A DNA stretch of 64,000 nucleotides from Octopus vulgaris (GCA_951406725.2 OX597831.1:26846001-26910000), one strand, 5' to 3'; shown: positions 1-13,939, counted from the first letter of the stretch. The notes: generated by a model from the sequence alone, not told the origin. Program-made: numbers and translations.

Positions 1-149
1 ATGGTAGTCTGAAGGAGCAAGGTCGGGAGAATAAGGTGGACAAGCTTTTTAACCCCATCAATGTAAAACCCTTTTGGTTTCAAAGCGAAGAACTCTGAAA
101 TGTCAGTTTCGATCTCCTCCTGGCTTGCGAAAGTTATGTCTCCCAAATA
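1..149 (-). mobile_element. Mariner (Tc1/mariner) transposase C-terminal fragments in permuted order
   Basis: The minus strand from 149 to about 40 translates YLGDITFASQEEIETDISEFFALKPKGFYIDGVKKLV. From 39 to 1, in another frame, it gives PPYSPDLAPSDYH, the mariner YSPDLAP(S)D motif. The relic runs off the window edge. Confidence 0.85.
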
Positions 150-472
150 CACATACACACACACACATATGTTTTTATGCATATGTACCCGTGTGTATAT
201 ATGTATATGTTTATACATAGATTTATACAAACATACATACATATGGTTTAGTATAATATATATACGTGTGTGTGTGTGTATTTTCCCCTTGTTTACAATT
301 AACATGGAAAAATAGATAAACACTTTCCAGGGCAGCAAAAAATTACACAAATAATAAGGGCGTAACACCTTGTTTTTAAAGGTAGAAACTCTGGGTTTAT
401 GTGAAATATTTTGTATAATATATATAAATAAATAAATGGAGTTAAACGCGGGTGTTATTCAAATTCTTTTAC

Positions 473-557
473 TTCCGACACATGTTTCAAAGATAACATT
501 GTTATTATTCCAAAGGAATAAAATGGTGTAAAACAATGTAATCTTCTCTTCGGGGAA
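473..557 (-). ncRNA. Hammerhead-like motif with U4C core variant and long stem II, in a probable Penelope pLTR relic
   Basis: Minus strand: UUCC-CCGAAGA-[GAAGAUUACAUUGUU...AACAAUGUUAUCUUU]-GAAA-CAUGUGUC-GGAA. Stem I is UUCC/GGAA. Confidence 0.5.
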
Positions 558-749
558 AAAAAGAAATAAAAAAAACTCGTCAATAAGACATTTTAACAGA
601 ATATGATGGATATGTATAATGATGAACGGAACACTATTAAGTTTTTTTTTAAAAATGTTAGAGGATATAACCTCAAAGGTAGCCTGTAGAAAGAAGAGCG
701 GTAAAGGAAAGAAAAAAAGCAGGAACCAAATAAATGAGAAATATGTTTG

Positions 750-890
<141 letters not shown>

Positions 891-1068
891 GTGTGCCAGT
901 ATCTTTCTATATATTATACATATTATGTTTGTATGTTTCCATGTCAGTATGCATATATGTGTACGCTTGTATATATGAAGATATGTAAGATATGTAGCAG
1001 GTATGTATTTACATATCGATATATAAGCATAAGTGTAGCTATGTGTGTAAGTATTACGAATGATGCTG

Positions 1069-1126
<58 letters not shown>

Positions 1127-2194
1127 AGCATTTATCCTTCGTGTGACTTTCAATTGCATCTAGTGGTGGAATCCTGGTTAGAGAGTTCGCGGCTTTTGAC
1201 GAGTTTGGAATCACTTCTTAACCATTATTGTTCCCTGAACTGCTGTAGTACTCTGAACTGCTGTAGTAGCATGTGTCAGGGTCCCGGCTATGGGTTGATT
1301 AACATATTAGGGCTCGCCTACTTATGCATGTAAAAATAGATCTAGCAGGCTCTGTTGAAGAAACCTTCATGGTTCAACGGAGAGAAAGGTGGCTGCAGCA
1401 ACGGATTGTGACAATACGAGACAAGTAAGGACATCTTAGTCATTCACTGCATCTATCTCCATCTTCAGTCGTCCTGACTTGGTCTTACCACGGACTTGAA
1501 GTTCATCACAGATGAGAGAGTGAGGTTGATGGTGCACAACACTTCATCACCTTAAACAAAGTCACCGCTCAAGTCACTACCCATACTTAAGTATGACCAG
1601 ATAGTCCTCTTCGCTCCGACGGACGAACGTGCGTGAATATATATGTTTGGGTTTCATTATGTTCCAATGTATGTATTATGTAAGTGTATGTAATGCTTGC
1701 ATGTTACTGGAGACACCGTTCGTTACGCAAAACGATTTCTATTCGAAAAATTATTCGTAAATCGTCCAAATACACACAGAAATATCTACATAACTCACTC
1801 AACCTTCATACTGCTCAAAATGGATAAGCATTCTTCTGTTGCGCATCCATTAATGCTACATCGCCTGAAGAAATGAATCCATGAAGATGATCTACATGAT
1901 GCCCACGAATGCTACAGACTACACTGTTATCATCCCAAGAACACGGACTGTGGTCTTAAGTGACATGTGATTTGTGGAAACGCGCGTAGTGGTGCATTAA
2001 ATGCTTATAAATTCCATCCAAGGATTATTGTCATTATTACTATATTTATCCTACATTATATCAGTACAGCTCGGTGCAACCCCAAAAAACTGGTTCACCA
2101 GTAAGCATCATTAGACCATGGCCAGGCTAAGAGTATAGGAGTTTTATTTGTATATTTAAAACGTTTCCTATTAACAAACTTTAAAAAGATATAT

Positions 2195-3021
2195 TCTTTC
2201 TTTATCCCCGTCTGTCTTGATAGACAATGGGTTGCGCCAAGGGTGGGGCCTACTTTGATGATGTGCAGCGTCTGCTGTGACTGAACAGTCCAATTCTAGA
2301 GTGGCAGTCCTTGGTACAGTTGCTGCACACGAACATCGATGGGTACGTGTGGGGTGTTGCTGCAGTTGTCCTCCTCCTGTCACGCCTGTCCAACCACAGC
2401 TGTGCTCTCCTCTCCTCAGCCATGGAAACACCTTTCCTCACCGTCCGACGCCAAGCAGAGCGGTCAGCAGCTGTTTCCTCCCACGTGTCCACACAGATGT
2501 TGGCAGTCCTCAGGTCGCGCTTGCACACGTCCCTGTATCGTAGCTGTGGACGTCCCTTGGGTCGGGATCCCGTGGTGAGTTCGCTGTACAGGATGTCTTT
2601 GGGCATGCGACCGTCCTGCATGCGGCAGACGTGTCCGAGCCAGCGCAGTCGTCTCCGCACGAAGAGGGCATACATGCTTGGCATATTAGTCTGTTCCAGG
2701 ATGACTCCAATTGGCACTCGGTCCTTCCAGGAGATGCCAAGGATCCGTCGAAGACACCGCATGTGCAAGCTGCTGAGGCGGCATTCCTGCCGGATGTATG
2801 TTGTCCAGCTCTCGCTGCCGTAGAGTAGGGTGCTCAGCACACAGGCTCGGTACACTGCGATCTTGGTGGTTATTGTGAGCATGTTGTTTCCCCACACTCT
2901 CCTGGAGAGCTTAGCCATGGCAGCAGCAGCCTTCCCAATCCGTCTGTTCAGCTCCGGCTCGAGGGACAGGCTGCTGGAGACCGTCGATCCCAGGTAAGTG
3001 AACTCGTTCACCACCTGCAAG
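2195..3021 (-). mobile_element. 5'-truncated RTE-clade LINE with 16-bp TSD
   Basis: Open frame 3020-2250 reads FTYLGS..ELNRRIGKA..LLYGSESW..RRLRWLGHVCRM..PKDILYSEL..RPKGRP..W..RSAWR and ends in a CxxC..H..C finger. The 3' tail is (AAAG)-like. CTTTAAAAAGATATAT occurs at both 2179-2194 and 3022-3037. Confidence 0.95.
2250..3020 (-). pseudogene. C-terminal part (end of RT, thumb, Zn finger) of RTE LINE ORF; stop-free but lacking its 5' part
   Basis: 256-aa ORF in the track with the RTE motifs listed above. It has no true start codon. Confidence 0.9.
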
Positions 3022-3029
3022 CTTTAAAA

Positions 3030-3072
<43 letters not shown>

Positions 3073-3144
3073 CAGTAGCTTATTAAAGATGTCCTCGTAC
3101 GAAACAATTGTACCGAGATTTTAATCCATTCTTGTTGCTTTTTT

Positions 3145-3205
<61 letters not shown>

Positions 3206-3208
<3 letters not shown>

Positions 3209-3325
3209 CCTGCTCGCTTAGCCAGTGGGGTGGTGTCATTGAAGGCTAAAACAATGCGAAGCGCATTGTGACAAGCGATGTGTAGCAACATCTGCTGGCC
3301 TGGTCAGTCACGTGATCACGTGTGA
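3206..3325 (+). mobile_element. 3' tail fragment of tRNA-Arg-like SINE (type C)
   Basis: Matches the 3' half of the full copy at 42581-42888 (ggcctgctcgcttagccag...gtcacgtgatcacg). Confidence 0.8.
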
Positions 3326-3332
3326 TATATAT

Positions 3333-3585
3333 ATCCTCCCTAAATGCCTGAGAGACTTACATGGTGTGGATGTGGGTTTCTTTAAAACTAAACTGGATCT
3401 CTTCTTGTCGGGAGTCCCAGATGAACCTACCTCACGACAGGAGACGCAGATGCGGGCAGCAGCATCGAACTCCCTCGTTGATCAAGTGCCACGTATCAGA
3501 GGTGGATTCACATACTAGTGTAGCTCATTCAGCGGTGGTGCCCCAGCATGGCCGCGGCCTTCGGGCTAAAACATTTTTAAGGATT
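3333..3585 (+). mobile_element. CR1-like LINE 3' end (ORF2 C-terminus plus 3' UTR)
   Basis: Reads ILPKCLRDLHGVDVGFFKTKLDLFLSGVPDEPTSRQ and is homologous to 22611-23220. The 3' UTR contains ggtgccccagcatggccgc..gctaaaac. Confidence 0.85.
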
Positions 3586-3657
3586 TATATATATACACAC
3601 ACACACACATGCATACATACATACATATGTGTACGTGTGTGTGTGTTTGTACGCACG

Positions 3658-3723
<66 letters not shown>

Positions 3724-4115
3724 ATCATGTGTGTATGTATGTATGCATTATGTATGAATGTCATGTATGTGTACGCGCTCATGTGTGTGTTTGTGCGAGT
3801 GTGTGTGTTTGTGCGAATGTGTATGTTTGTGCGCGTGTGTGTGTGTATATACATGTCATTTATTCAAAGTTGTGATTGCGTGAGCGGTAAATCAGGGTTT
3901 TAGGTTTCCACCTTAATCAGTTGAAGATCCGTCCATCCTGAAATGTTACTTCAAACAAACAGTCAGTCGCCTATCTTCCTCTGGATCGGTTAACGTTGGA
4001 GACAACTTGGGTGGGACCTACTGGTTAGAAACGTGCCAGTGTCAGAGAGATCGGAGCGCTTAAACTGAAAGGCAATAGAATGAACACGAATAAGTAGAGG
4101 AAGGTGGGAGAGAAG

Positions 4116-4179
<64 letters not shown>

Positions 4180-4410
4180 AGGGAAGCTATAGAAAAGAAG
4201 AAGAAAAATAAATGACAAGAAAAATGAAGAATACGAACGGGGGAGGATTGAAATAAATAAATAAATAAATAATGAATTATAGGCGAACCAACCTGGACAG
4301 GAATGGCAGCAAGGGGAAGAGGGGTCTGTAAGGGAAGGGAGACTATGGTAGGATATAAGGAATTTTGGACGAACAGTTAAAAAGTTAGAATAATAGTAAT
4401 TTCAGATGCA

Positions 4411-5365
4411 AGGCAGGGAACTGTGGCAGAAACGTTGGCACGCTGGGTAAAGTGTTTAGCGGCATTTCGCCCGCCTTTACGTCCTGAGTTCAAATGCCTC
4501 GGTGGTTAGCTTTCAGGGCCGATGAAATAAGTACAAGTTGAACATTGGGGACACTGTAATCGACTTACTTACGTACCCGCGAAATTGTCGGCCTTGGGTC
4601 AAAGACTGAAACTGATATTAGTAATTTTAAATACAAAGGTATGGAGCTGGCAGAATTATTAGGGCGTCGCCAAGGCGCGTTAATAGAAAGGAGGTTAGCA
4701 GGCAGAAACGTTAGCACGCCGGGCGAAATGCTTAGCGGTGTTTCGTCTGCCGTTACGTTCTGAGTTCAAATTCCGCCGAGGTCAACTTTGCCTTTCATCC
4801 TTTCGGGGTCGATTAAATAAGTACCAGTTACGCACTGGGGTCGATATAATCGACTTAATCCGTTTGTCTGTCCTTGTTTGTTCCCTCTGTGTTTAGCTCC
4901 TTGTGGGTAGTAAAGAAATAAGAAACATTAGCACGCCGGGCGAAATACTTAGTAAAGAAATAGGTACTTTGTCTGTCTTTACGTTCTGAGTTCGAATTCT
5001 ACAGAGGTCGATTTTGCCTTTCATCCTTTCGGGGTCGATAAATTAAGTATCAATTACGCACTGTGGTCGATGTAATCGACTTAATCCTTTTGCTTGTCCT
5101 TGTTTGTCCCCTCTGTGTTTAGCCCCTTGTGGGCAATAAAGAAATTGTAGGAAATAAAGAATTATTAGCGCTTCGGAGAAAATGTTAAGCGGGATTTCTT
5201 CCGGCTGTTTAGGTTCTGAGTTCAAATCCTACGGAGGTCAGATTTGCCTTTAACCCTTTTGTGATCGATACAAAAAAGGTAGCAATCAATTACTGGGGTC
5301 GGTGTAATCGATTGAACTCTCTCCCCTTAACTTTGTGGTCTCGTGGCTCTGTTAGCAAAATTATT
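4411..5365 (+). mobile_element. Cluster of about 5 same-orientation type B SINE copies/fragments (Meta-domain-like)
   Basis: Repeated ggcagaaacgttagcacgccgggcgaaat..gagttcaaattccgccgaggtcgactttgcctttcatcctttcggggtcgataaattaagtaccag. Confidence 0.85.
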
Positions 5366-5947
5366 AGGATTACGTGTGAAGCTGCGTGGCAAGATCATGT
5401 TTTCGATTCCAGGGACGGGTAGTGCATTGTGTTCTTGTCCACTCAGATATAAAGTGTTCAAAAGCTTAAATAATGAGAGGAAGTACATTGTGACCAGCGA
5501 TGTATAACAACATCCGTTAGTCTGGTTGATGCAGTGATAAGGATTATCTACCATTTCTGAAAAGATGAGGAAGGCGTTGAGGATTATTGCATATCTTATT
5601 TCCTTGACTCCTCCACACATATACACGAACACATCATACATGTGTGTATATATATATATATATATATGCATACACGCACATACACACATATATGCACACA
5701 TACGCCCACATGAGGACCCGCACCGCAAAACTCTGCATGTATGTATGAATGTGTGTGTGTATATATATATATATATGAAAATACTTTCACACACATACAT
5801 GTACACATAGATCTAAGTAAATGCACACATGTGTAATTGTGTAGAGAGGGAGAGATATAAATATAATACAACCACACATAAACATATATTTATACATACA
5901 TAAATGCATGTGTATAAAATATAAATTACACTTGATACGCACATGTG

Positions 5948-6023
<76 letters not shown>

Positions 6024-6252
6024 CATATACACATATAAACATGCGTGTGTATGTGTATATAAAGAGAGAAAAGGGGAGAGAGACAGAAATATATGTAAAT
6101 ACCTACGCTACAAACGTTTTATGAATCACTGCCCCTGTGTGGCCGCCGTAGAGTTGCTGAAATAGGTTTATGTGTATGTACTTATACACAGATACATGCA
6201 CTCACACACACATACACACACATGCATTTTAAATACATTGTATATACATATG

Positions 6253-6290
<38 letters not shown>

Positions 6291-6394
6291 ACATAGACAC
6301 ACACACGCACACACACATACACACACACTACGTCAACAGATTCTCTACATCAAAGAATGAAGTCTTACAAATCCATTCTAATGAACTCGTCATT

Positions 6395-6543
6395 TGATTG
6401 GTTAATTATTACCTCCATTTAGCAGGACAGCGCTTTGATATCGATGACGTCACTTCCGTTTTAGTATCGTTGATCTTTCGAAATTACTCATGTTTAATAG
6501 CGCAGAGCTTGCTTCAATCGGCGCGTGCCAGTGTGCGCGCGCG

Positions 6544-6545
<2 letters not shown>
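6395..6545. promoter_or_regulatory. Candidate cis-regulatory island (CCAAT, DRE-like, overlapping CRE/ETS)
   Basis: GATTGG at 6396-6401, TATCGAT near 6439-6445, TGACGTCACTTCCG at 6445-6458 and CpG-rich gcgcgtgc. The sequence is not repeated elsewhere in the window. Confidence 0.3.
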
Positions 6546-6629
<84 letters not shown>

Positions 6630-7028
6630 GACGGGGTGTTTACTGTTTTTGTTTGAGCGACTGAAAGTGTGGAGTGTGGGTGTTATGTTTGCACTTTGTT
6701 TTAGGTGTGTTTGTGTGTGTGTCTATGTGTGTAAGTGTGTTATGTGAATACACACCCACATACATACGAATATATACGAGCACACACATATATATATACA
6801 TATATATGTACACACACACAGACACACACATATATGTATACGTTCACAGACATACGCACATTTCCTAATATAACTATACATATACATATATATATATTTA
6901 TATTTGTTATATACTATATATATATATATATGTATATACATATATATACAGACATACATACACATATATAAACATATATATGTAGGCATATATACACACA
7001 TAGATGTATATCTATGCATGTATATTTA

Positions 7029-7067
<39 letters not shown>

Positions 7068-7490
7068 ACTGATATATAGATATATATATATATATATATG
7101 TACATATGTGCGTGTATCTGTGTTTGTGTGTGTGTGTATGCGTGTTTGTGTGTATGTATGTGCGTGTTTGTGTGTGTGTGTGTGTATTTGTGTGTGTGTG
7201 TGTGTAGTCGGGGAAAAATCCATATTTCATTGATGACTAATTAGACGAACCTACAAAGAAACGCCCACATACTCCCACAGATATACTCATAGAGGCACCT
7301 AGGTATACATACAGATACAGCTTCTTACACGTACGCACACTTACACAGACACCCACACACACACACACGTGATACATATATTATCTTGTTTGTTTTTATG
7401 TCATGTCATATATGAAAACAACTTAACATTACACTTTTAAGAGTTAGTCAATATTTTTTAGTATAGTAATAGTATACCAGGGGCAATTGT

Positions 7491-7525
7491 GACTTCGAAG
7501 TTTCGACCTGGTAATTCTTCTTCAG
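7491..7525 (-). ncRNA. Degenerate hammerhead-like motif
   Basis: Minus strand: CUGAAGA-agaauuaccagguc-GAAA-CUUCGAAGUC. The core and stem III are intact; stems I and II are eroded. Confidence 0.4.
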
Positions 7526-7812
7526 AGAGTCCGAATATGACTCTCAATTCTATACACACATATACATACATACATAAATACATACATACATACATACATA
7601 CATACATACATACATACATACATACACACAGACGTATATGGTACATAGATATATATACACACACATGCATATATACATACATATAGACACGTAACAAAAT
7701 GTTGGAGCTCAGTAATAACTTTGTCACTCCTCTCCTGTATCAAATGTAATTCAACGAGGGACATCAAACCACGGGATGGGCAAGCGGGCGAAATACGAGA
7801 CACGCTATATAC

Positions 7813-7894
<82 letters not shown>

Positions 7895-8898
7895 ACATAT
7901 GTGCATAAATACACACACACACAAACATATACATATAGGCACACGAGCGCACGAGTGGGTGGAGAAACGATAGAAAGTCGTACTTAACGCATGTAGTAGT
8001 AACTACATTCATTACGATTTTAAAACCGTTTTGTTCGGCTCATGCGACTTAAAATTTCGCAGGCTTGTTACTAGAACCTAACTCGATCGCTTGTGCCCAT
8101 CGGTCAAGGTTTCTGCGAGGAGCCCAGAAAACTTTTAGTCTCATGAAACTGAAACAAACTGTATAATGACACATACATACATACATACATACATACATAC
8201 ATAAATACATACATACATACATACATACATACATACATACATACATACATACATACGTGTGTGACCAGGTTGCGGTTTCAAAGCGACGAAAATATTTTGG
8301 CAAATTAAATTTAAATGTTGAAGTGATTCTAACGGTTTTTGTGTGTATTTTAAATGACTTATAAACACCTTTCCCGCTGCAATTGTTTTTGTTTCAGCAC
8401 ACGATTTCAAATCAGGTCACTTGCTATGCAAGTACATCTCCGTAATATATATATACATACATATACATATACACACGCATACACATACACGCGCACTCAC
8501 ACACGCACATATAACTATATATACATATAGACCTTTAACTCTTTCAGTCATTAGACTGCGGTCATTCTGGGGCACCACCTTCTATGCCGTTCTTAAAGTT
8601 CAACTGTGTTTTTAACACTAGCCTTACTCAGCTGTAGTTTTCTTTATCGTTCTCTTGTACCGGACCGCTATGTTACAGGGATGTAAACACGCGCGCGCGC
8701 ACACACACATCGGGAGTACAGATGTACAAATTGAAATGCAAAAACAACGAAATAATAAATTGAAAGTTTGGTAATTGCGTTTATTACTTTATGAGATCAA
8801 CGTGTTGTCTATAGAAAGAGTGCTCTTTGGTACAAGTAAATGCCGATGGAATCATTTCAAATATTTTCGATTTCCCTTATCAAAACGGCTAGAACTTA

Positions 8899-9121
8899 CT
8901 CTTTTACTTGTTTCAGTCATTTGACTGTGGCCATGCTGGAGCACCGCCTTTAGTCGATCGAGCAAATCGACCCCAGGACTATTCTTTGTTAGCCTAGTAC
9001 TTATTCTATCGGCTCTTTTGCCGAACCGCTAAGTTATGGTGGCGTAAACACACCAGCATCGGTCGTCAAGCGATGTTGGGGGTACAAACACAGATTCACA
9101 AACATACACACACACGCACGC

Positions 9122-9189
<68 letters not shown>

Positions 9190-9606
9190 TTTTGTTTTTG
9201 TTTGTTTTTGTTTTTCCAGTTTCAGCTCTTGAGCTGTGGCCATGCTGGGGCACCGCCATTGTGGTGAAAGAGTACAGCAGGGATTACCACCCCCTGCCGG
9301 AGCCTCGTAGAGCTTTTTAGGTGTTTTCGCTCAATAAACACACACAACGCCCGGTCTGAGAAACGAAACCGCGATCCTGCGACCGCGAGTCCGCTGCCCT
9401 AACCACTAGGCCATTGCGCCTCTACAATATATATATATATATATATACGACGGGCTTCTTTCAGTTTCCGTCTACCAAATCCAGTCACAAAGCTTTGTGT
9501 CGACCCGAGGCTATAGTAGAAGACACTTGCCCAAGGTGCCACGCAGTGGGACTAAACCCGGAACCATGTGGTTGGTGAGCAAGCTACTTACCACACAGCC
9601 ACTCCT
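8899..9606 (-). mobile_element. Type A tRNA-derived SINE, interrupted by a nested SINE
   Basis: Head aggagtggctgtgtggtaag..ggttccgggtttagtccc, internal microsatellite and tail ggcggtgctccagcatggccacagtcaaatgactgaaac. Confidence 0.9.
9189..9422 (-). mobile_element. Chimeric SINE: type C (tRNA-Arg-like) head fused to CR1-like LINE 3' tail
   Basis: 9422-9261 matches the head of 42581. 9260-9189 matches the LINE 3' end at about 22670-22611. Confidence 0.8.
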
Positions 9607-11705
9607 ACGATTATGTGCAACAATCTGACATATAAGTTACTGTCACCCAGGAAGAGGATTTTTTATGCTCAAGAAAGAGAGTGTATTTGATAGAAATTGT
9701 TGAAATACATATGTACTTCATATGAGTAGCAAATTGTGGAAGATGATATTCACTGTACTTGGATCTAGTTAGTTTGAGTCACAAAATGACGTAAAATAAT
9801 CTGAAAATTTGTCATATCAAACATCCATTTCTTATTCAGGATCTTATTCAGGATTTTGTTTCATTCACAAAATCTCCATTTTTTTTAAAAGGAAGTAAAA
9901 AATCTGAAAATTGCTTATCTTGATGCAGTTTTCCACGCTTGTTCCTTTGAAGCCATGAACTTCTGGAGAAAAAAATTGACACAATTTTTTTTTATTTTTA
10001 TAATTCATAGTTTTAAAATACACACAATCCGAATCTACCATTCGTTTCTCTTTATAATTTCCCAAATAAATTTTTAACTACTTCAAAATCAAAATTGCGT
10101 AAATATGTCTGCCAGAAACAGTAGTTAAAAATTAAGGAAATAGATTTTTGGGAGATCTCTTATTATGACTGACTTTTATTCCATTTTTCTAATATCTTCA
10201 GAAACTCATGCATATACATGTGTAAAGGCATACAGAAAGATACAAATATATATACACACGCACACATACATTTTTACAGAGTTAGTTTTATATACATCAT
10301 TGTACATATATAAATATTTCGGCATGTCTACACAATTGTGCCCCAAAGATTTGCTTCTTCAAACTTTGAGAAAATTAAATATTTCTTTTCTACAAATATG
10401 CTTTAGATCGTGTAGATTCCGATTAAATTGGAATTCATTGTGAAAACCGTTTGTCCTTAAAGGGGTTTTAGAAAATTCACACCATTAGGCTTTGTTGAGT
10501 GTGTGTACGTGTGTGTTTGCTAGTGTCTGTTTTTCCTTTAGTTTTTGTTTATTTATACACATCAACAAATGAGCCAATGAAGTACTCTTTGTGTGGTTGT
10601 TCAATTTGCTAGAAATAACAGCAGATCTCACTCATACTATCCTCTTATTAGTATTAAGGAAAGGGAAAATGTTTACTCCTCTCCATCATTACGACTAAAA
10701 TTAATATTTTTGATTTTGTTTGGCTCTATGAATTTAATTTTTTTTAATGCTTCTGTCCATTGCTTGATACAGGAAATTGGAAAATCTTGGCCAAAACAGA
10801 AATTGTACCTTAACAAAAAATATAGAAAGAGAAGGAAAAGTTTCTGTTTTCCAGAGCCAAAAGATGTGTTTTTAGCTGAGGTGTAATTTTATAATTCAAA
10901 ACTTAGATTTCAGAACATAAGACTTACCACGTTATCTGGTGTATGGCCACAGTTCAAATGGGTACAAAACCTAAAATAAATGTGTGTGGTTGGGTCTTTA
11001 ATAGCCAGGGGTCATTTTAAGTTCAGTCGCAGAAAGGAATTCAAAACGGCAACACACGCAATCATACAAACATACCCATACATACGCATACACAAATACA
11101 TACTAATCAACAACTCTCAAAAGCCAGTTTGATCCAAAATTCTGATCACCATTCTTTATATAATTTACACACAAACACACATAAAGACACATTCAGCTTT
11201 TCGCTTTTATTCATTACTTTTTTTCTTTTAATCGTCTGTCACTATTCATCCGTTTTTAGTTTTTGTTTTTGATTTGGGAGTTTCACTTCAGCGACACCAG
11301 TTACACAGGGTACTAGGAATTTGCTTGGTGTGGAAAAAGTGTTTTTTAAGTTTTTGAAAATTTGAAACAAAAAGACGTTTTTCTTTTAAACTGACTGTCG
11401 CAGACATGTAAAAATATGGCTACTACTAGTTAATTTCAAATTAAACTTACCATAGTTGAGGGTCTTCCTGCGCGCCCTAGCACCCCAAGTCTGTTAACTC
11501 CCCCAACCCCTAGTATCTCTTTGTTCCAAAACGCCCCCCCCCCCGGGAGGTGGCATATGAGAACCTTTGATATAGAACAATGATTCTCAACGGGGTCCAA
11601 ATGGCCCTTGGTTGGTTGTGGGGCGGGCATATAAGATTTTGCTGTTAAAATTCATCTGCAATAAATTGTTTTTTTATTTATATTTATATAATTTATTCTT
11701 CTGTT

Positions 11706-12087
11706 CTTTTACTTGTTTCTGGCATTTGACTGCGGCTATGCTGGAGCACCGCCTCGATGTCTTTTAGTCGAACAAATCGACTCCGGGACTTATTTCTTAA
11801 GCCAGATACTTATTCTACCGAACCGCTAAGTTACGGGGACGTAAATACGCCAACACCGGGTGTCAAGTGGTGATGGGGGGACAAGCACAGACAGAAAGAT
11901 ATAGATATACATAGATATATGCATATATATATCTGCACGCACATAGATATATGTATTTATATATATATGTATGTATGTATATATAGATACATACATGCAT
12001 ATAAATCAAATTTATAGGCAAATAAAGACGAAAATAGGTGCAGAAACAAACAAGTGTATTAGTTTGACGTTTGGAAAAAATGGAGAA

Positions 12088-12127
<40 letters not shown>

Positions 12128-12305
12128 TTATATATAAATTACACGACGAGTTTCTTTCAGTTTCCGTCTACCAAATCTACTCACAAGGCTTTAGTCGGCC
12201 CGAGGATTAGTTGAAGAACGCTTGCCCAAGATGCCATGCAGTGGGACTGAACCCGGAATCATATGGTTAGGAAACAAGCTTCTTATCACAGCCACGCTTG
12301 CGCCT
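11706..12305 (-). mobile_element. Type A SINE with internal insertion
   Basis: Homology to the other type A copies in the window. Confidence 0.85.
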
Positions 12306-12439
12306 GATAAAATTGTTGATAAAATTTATATGCCACAAATTGGTTATACTTCCTTCCACAATACACGAGATATTTTAAGTTTTTTTCTATAATATTATTT
12401 AATTATAATAATTATAATAATATTTAATTATTATTTCTA

Positions 12440-12802
12440 CTCTAGGCACAAGGCCTTGAAAATTACATCGACCTCAGTGAATAACTGGTACTTATTTCCT
12501 CGTCCCCGAGAGGATCAAAGGCAAAGTCGACCTCGGCATAATTTGAAATCAGAACTTAGCGGTAGACGAAATACTTATTTCTTTACTACCCATAAGGGGC
12601 TAAACACAGAAGTGACAAACAAGGACAGACAAACGGATTAAGTCGATTAAATCGACCCCAGTGCGTAACTGGTACTTAATTTATCGACCCCAAAAGGATG
12701 AAAGGCAAAGTCAACCTCGGCGGAATTTGAACTCAGAACGTAACGGCAGACGAAATACGGCTATGCATTTCGCCCGGCTTGCTAACGTTTCTGCCAGCTC
12801 GC
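12440..12802 (-). mobile_element. Type B SINE, long partially duplicated form
   Basis: Reverse complement of the type B consensus, followed by a second partial unit. Confidence 0.85.
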
Positions 12803-13939
12803 CGATTTTTAAAATAATATTTAACTATAAAAATGCAATAGGCTTGTTTTACAAAGTATAGTTCACAGGTGATCTAAACAATTAGGTATGCTAGGTAAGT
12901 GCTAGTGAAAGGCAACGGAGATCCAGTAAACTAAAATAGGAACCAATAGGCAAAAAATTGTTACAAACCGCAGGTGTAAACCTTTATCGGCCCTGACAGA
13001 GCCTACTTATGATTTAAAAGGGTCTGTGACCATCTTGCAGATGGTGTTGAAAGTTTCGTAAAAATAAAAGTATTTTCGATAAATACAATTATTTTTTGAA
13101 ATCTTCACTTGTCTAGTTGAGTGTGATAAACGTAAAACTCCTTAAAGTTATTAATCATCGCTTCGATTTTCATATCAATAACCATCAATATCAATCATTC
13201 TGCTGGAAATTTATAGAACCATGTAATGCGTGTGTGGCGAGAAGATAAAGCAGAAATTTAAAAGAAATAAGGTTGGACGTGTTAGAAGATGCAAAGGTAA
13301 TGTGCAGATGTATTGATCCTTTTACTGCGGAAATCAGATATATCCGTTCAAAATTTCTTTACTCTTAACTGCGGAAAGCAATTCTATATACCAACCTATC
13401 TTTCGTTGAATGTCATGCTTAAAACTGATTTTTGTTCAGATATAGCGAATTTGTTGAGGCAACGTGACTTGCAGGAAATATTAATGATATTTTGAGAGCA
13501 GATATTTAACATCATTACTGAAATTACCATGTAGTTTAATTTCACAGTTAAAGAGTTAAACAACGAAAGGTTTATTTTTCCTTCGTTCATTTTTTAATAA
13601 TGCTCACTACTTTTCAACTCATCGGAAAAATCATCTGCTCTCAACGTTTCGATTCTTAATGTCCTCCTCGTATTTTTGTTTAAGACTACAGGACAAGATT
13701 GGAGCGAGGTTAAGTACAATGTTTCATAGCTCCAGCAACCATGAAGAGGCTCACTCGACACTCGAAGCCACATGTATGTCTGGTCAATGTATATCATTGA
13801 TAGTAACTAAGCCAGACTCACCACAGACAAATTTAAGAACAGGTATACTTAGCAGACACCCACTCGTTTAGATTAATAACTCTATCTACTTTTCCACTGG
13901 TTGATATATCCAGTTGTATAGCAAGGTAGTTTTATACCA

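Noticed and set aside
11578-12975. Possible hAT/Charlie-like MITE split by two SINEs (caatgattctcaac ... gttacaaaccgcagg)
   Set aside because: The right TIR is too degraded and no 8-bp TSD could be verified.
13100-13860. Possible decayed Penelope GIY-YIG region and HHR-like accATGAAGAG..CTCGAAG..GTCtggt
   Set aside because: Too degenerate; I could not read a GIY-YIG motif, and the core deviates at several positions.
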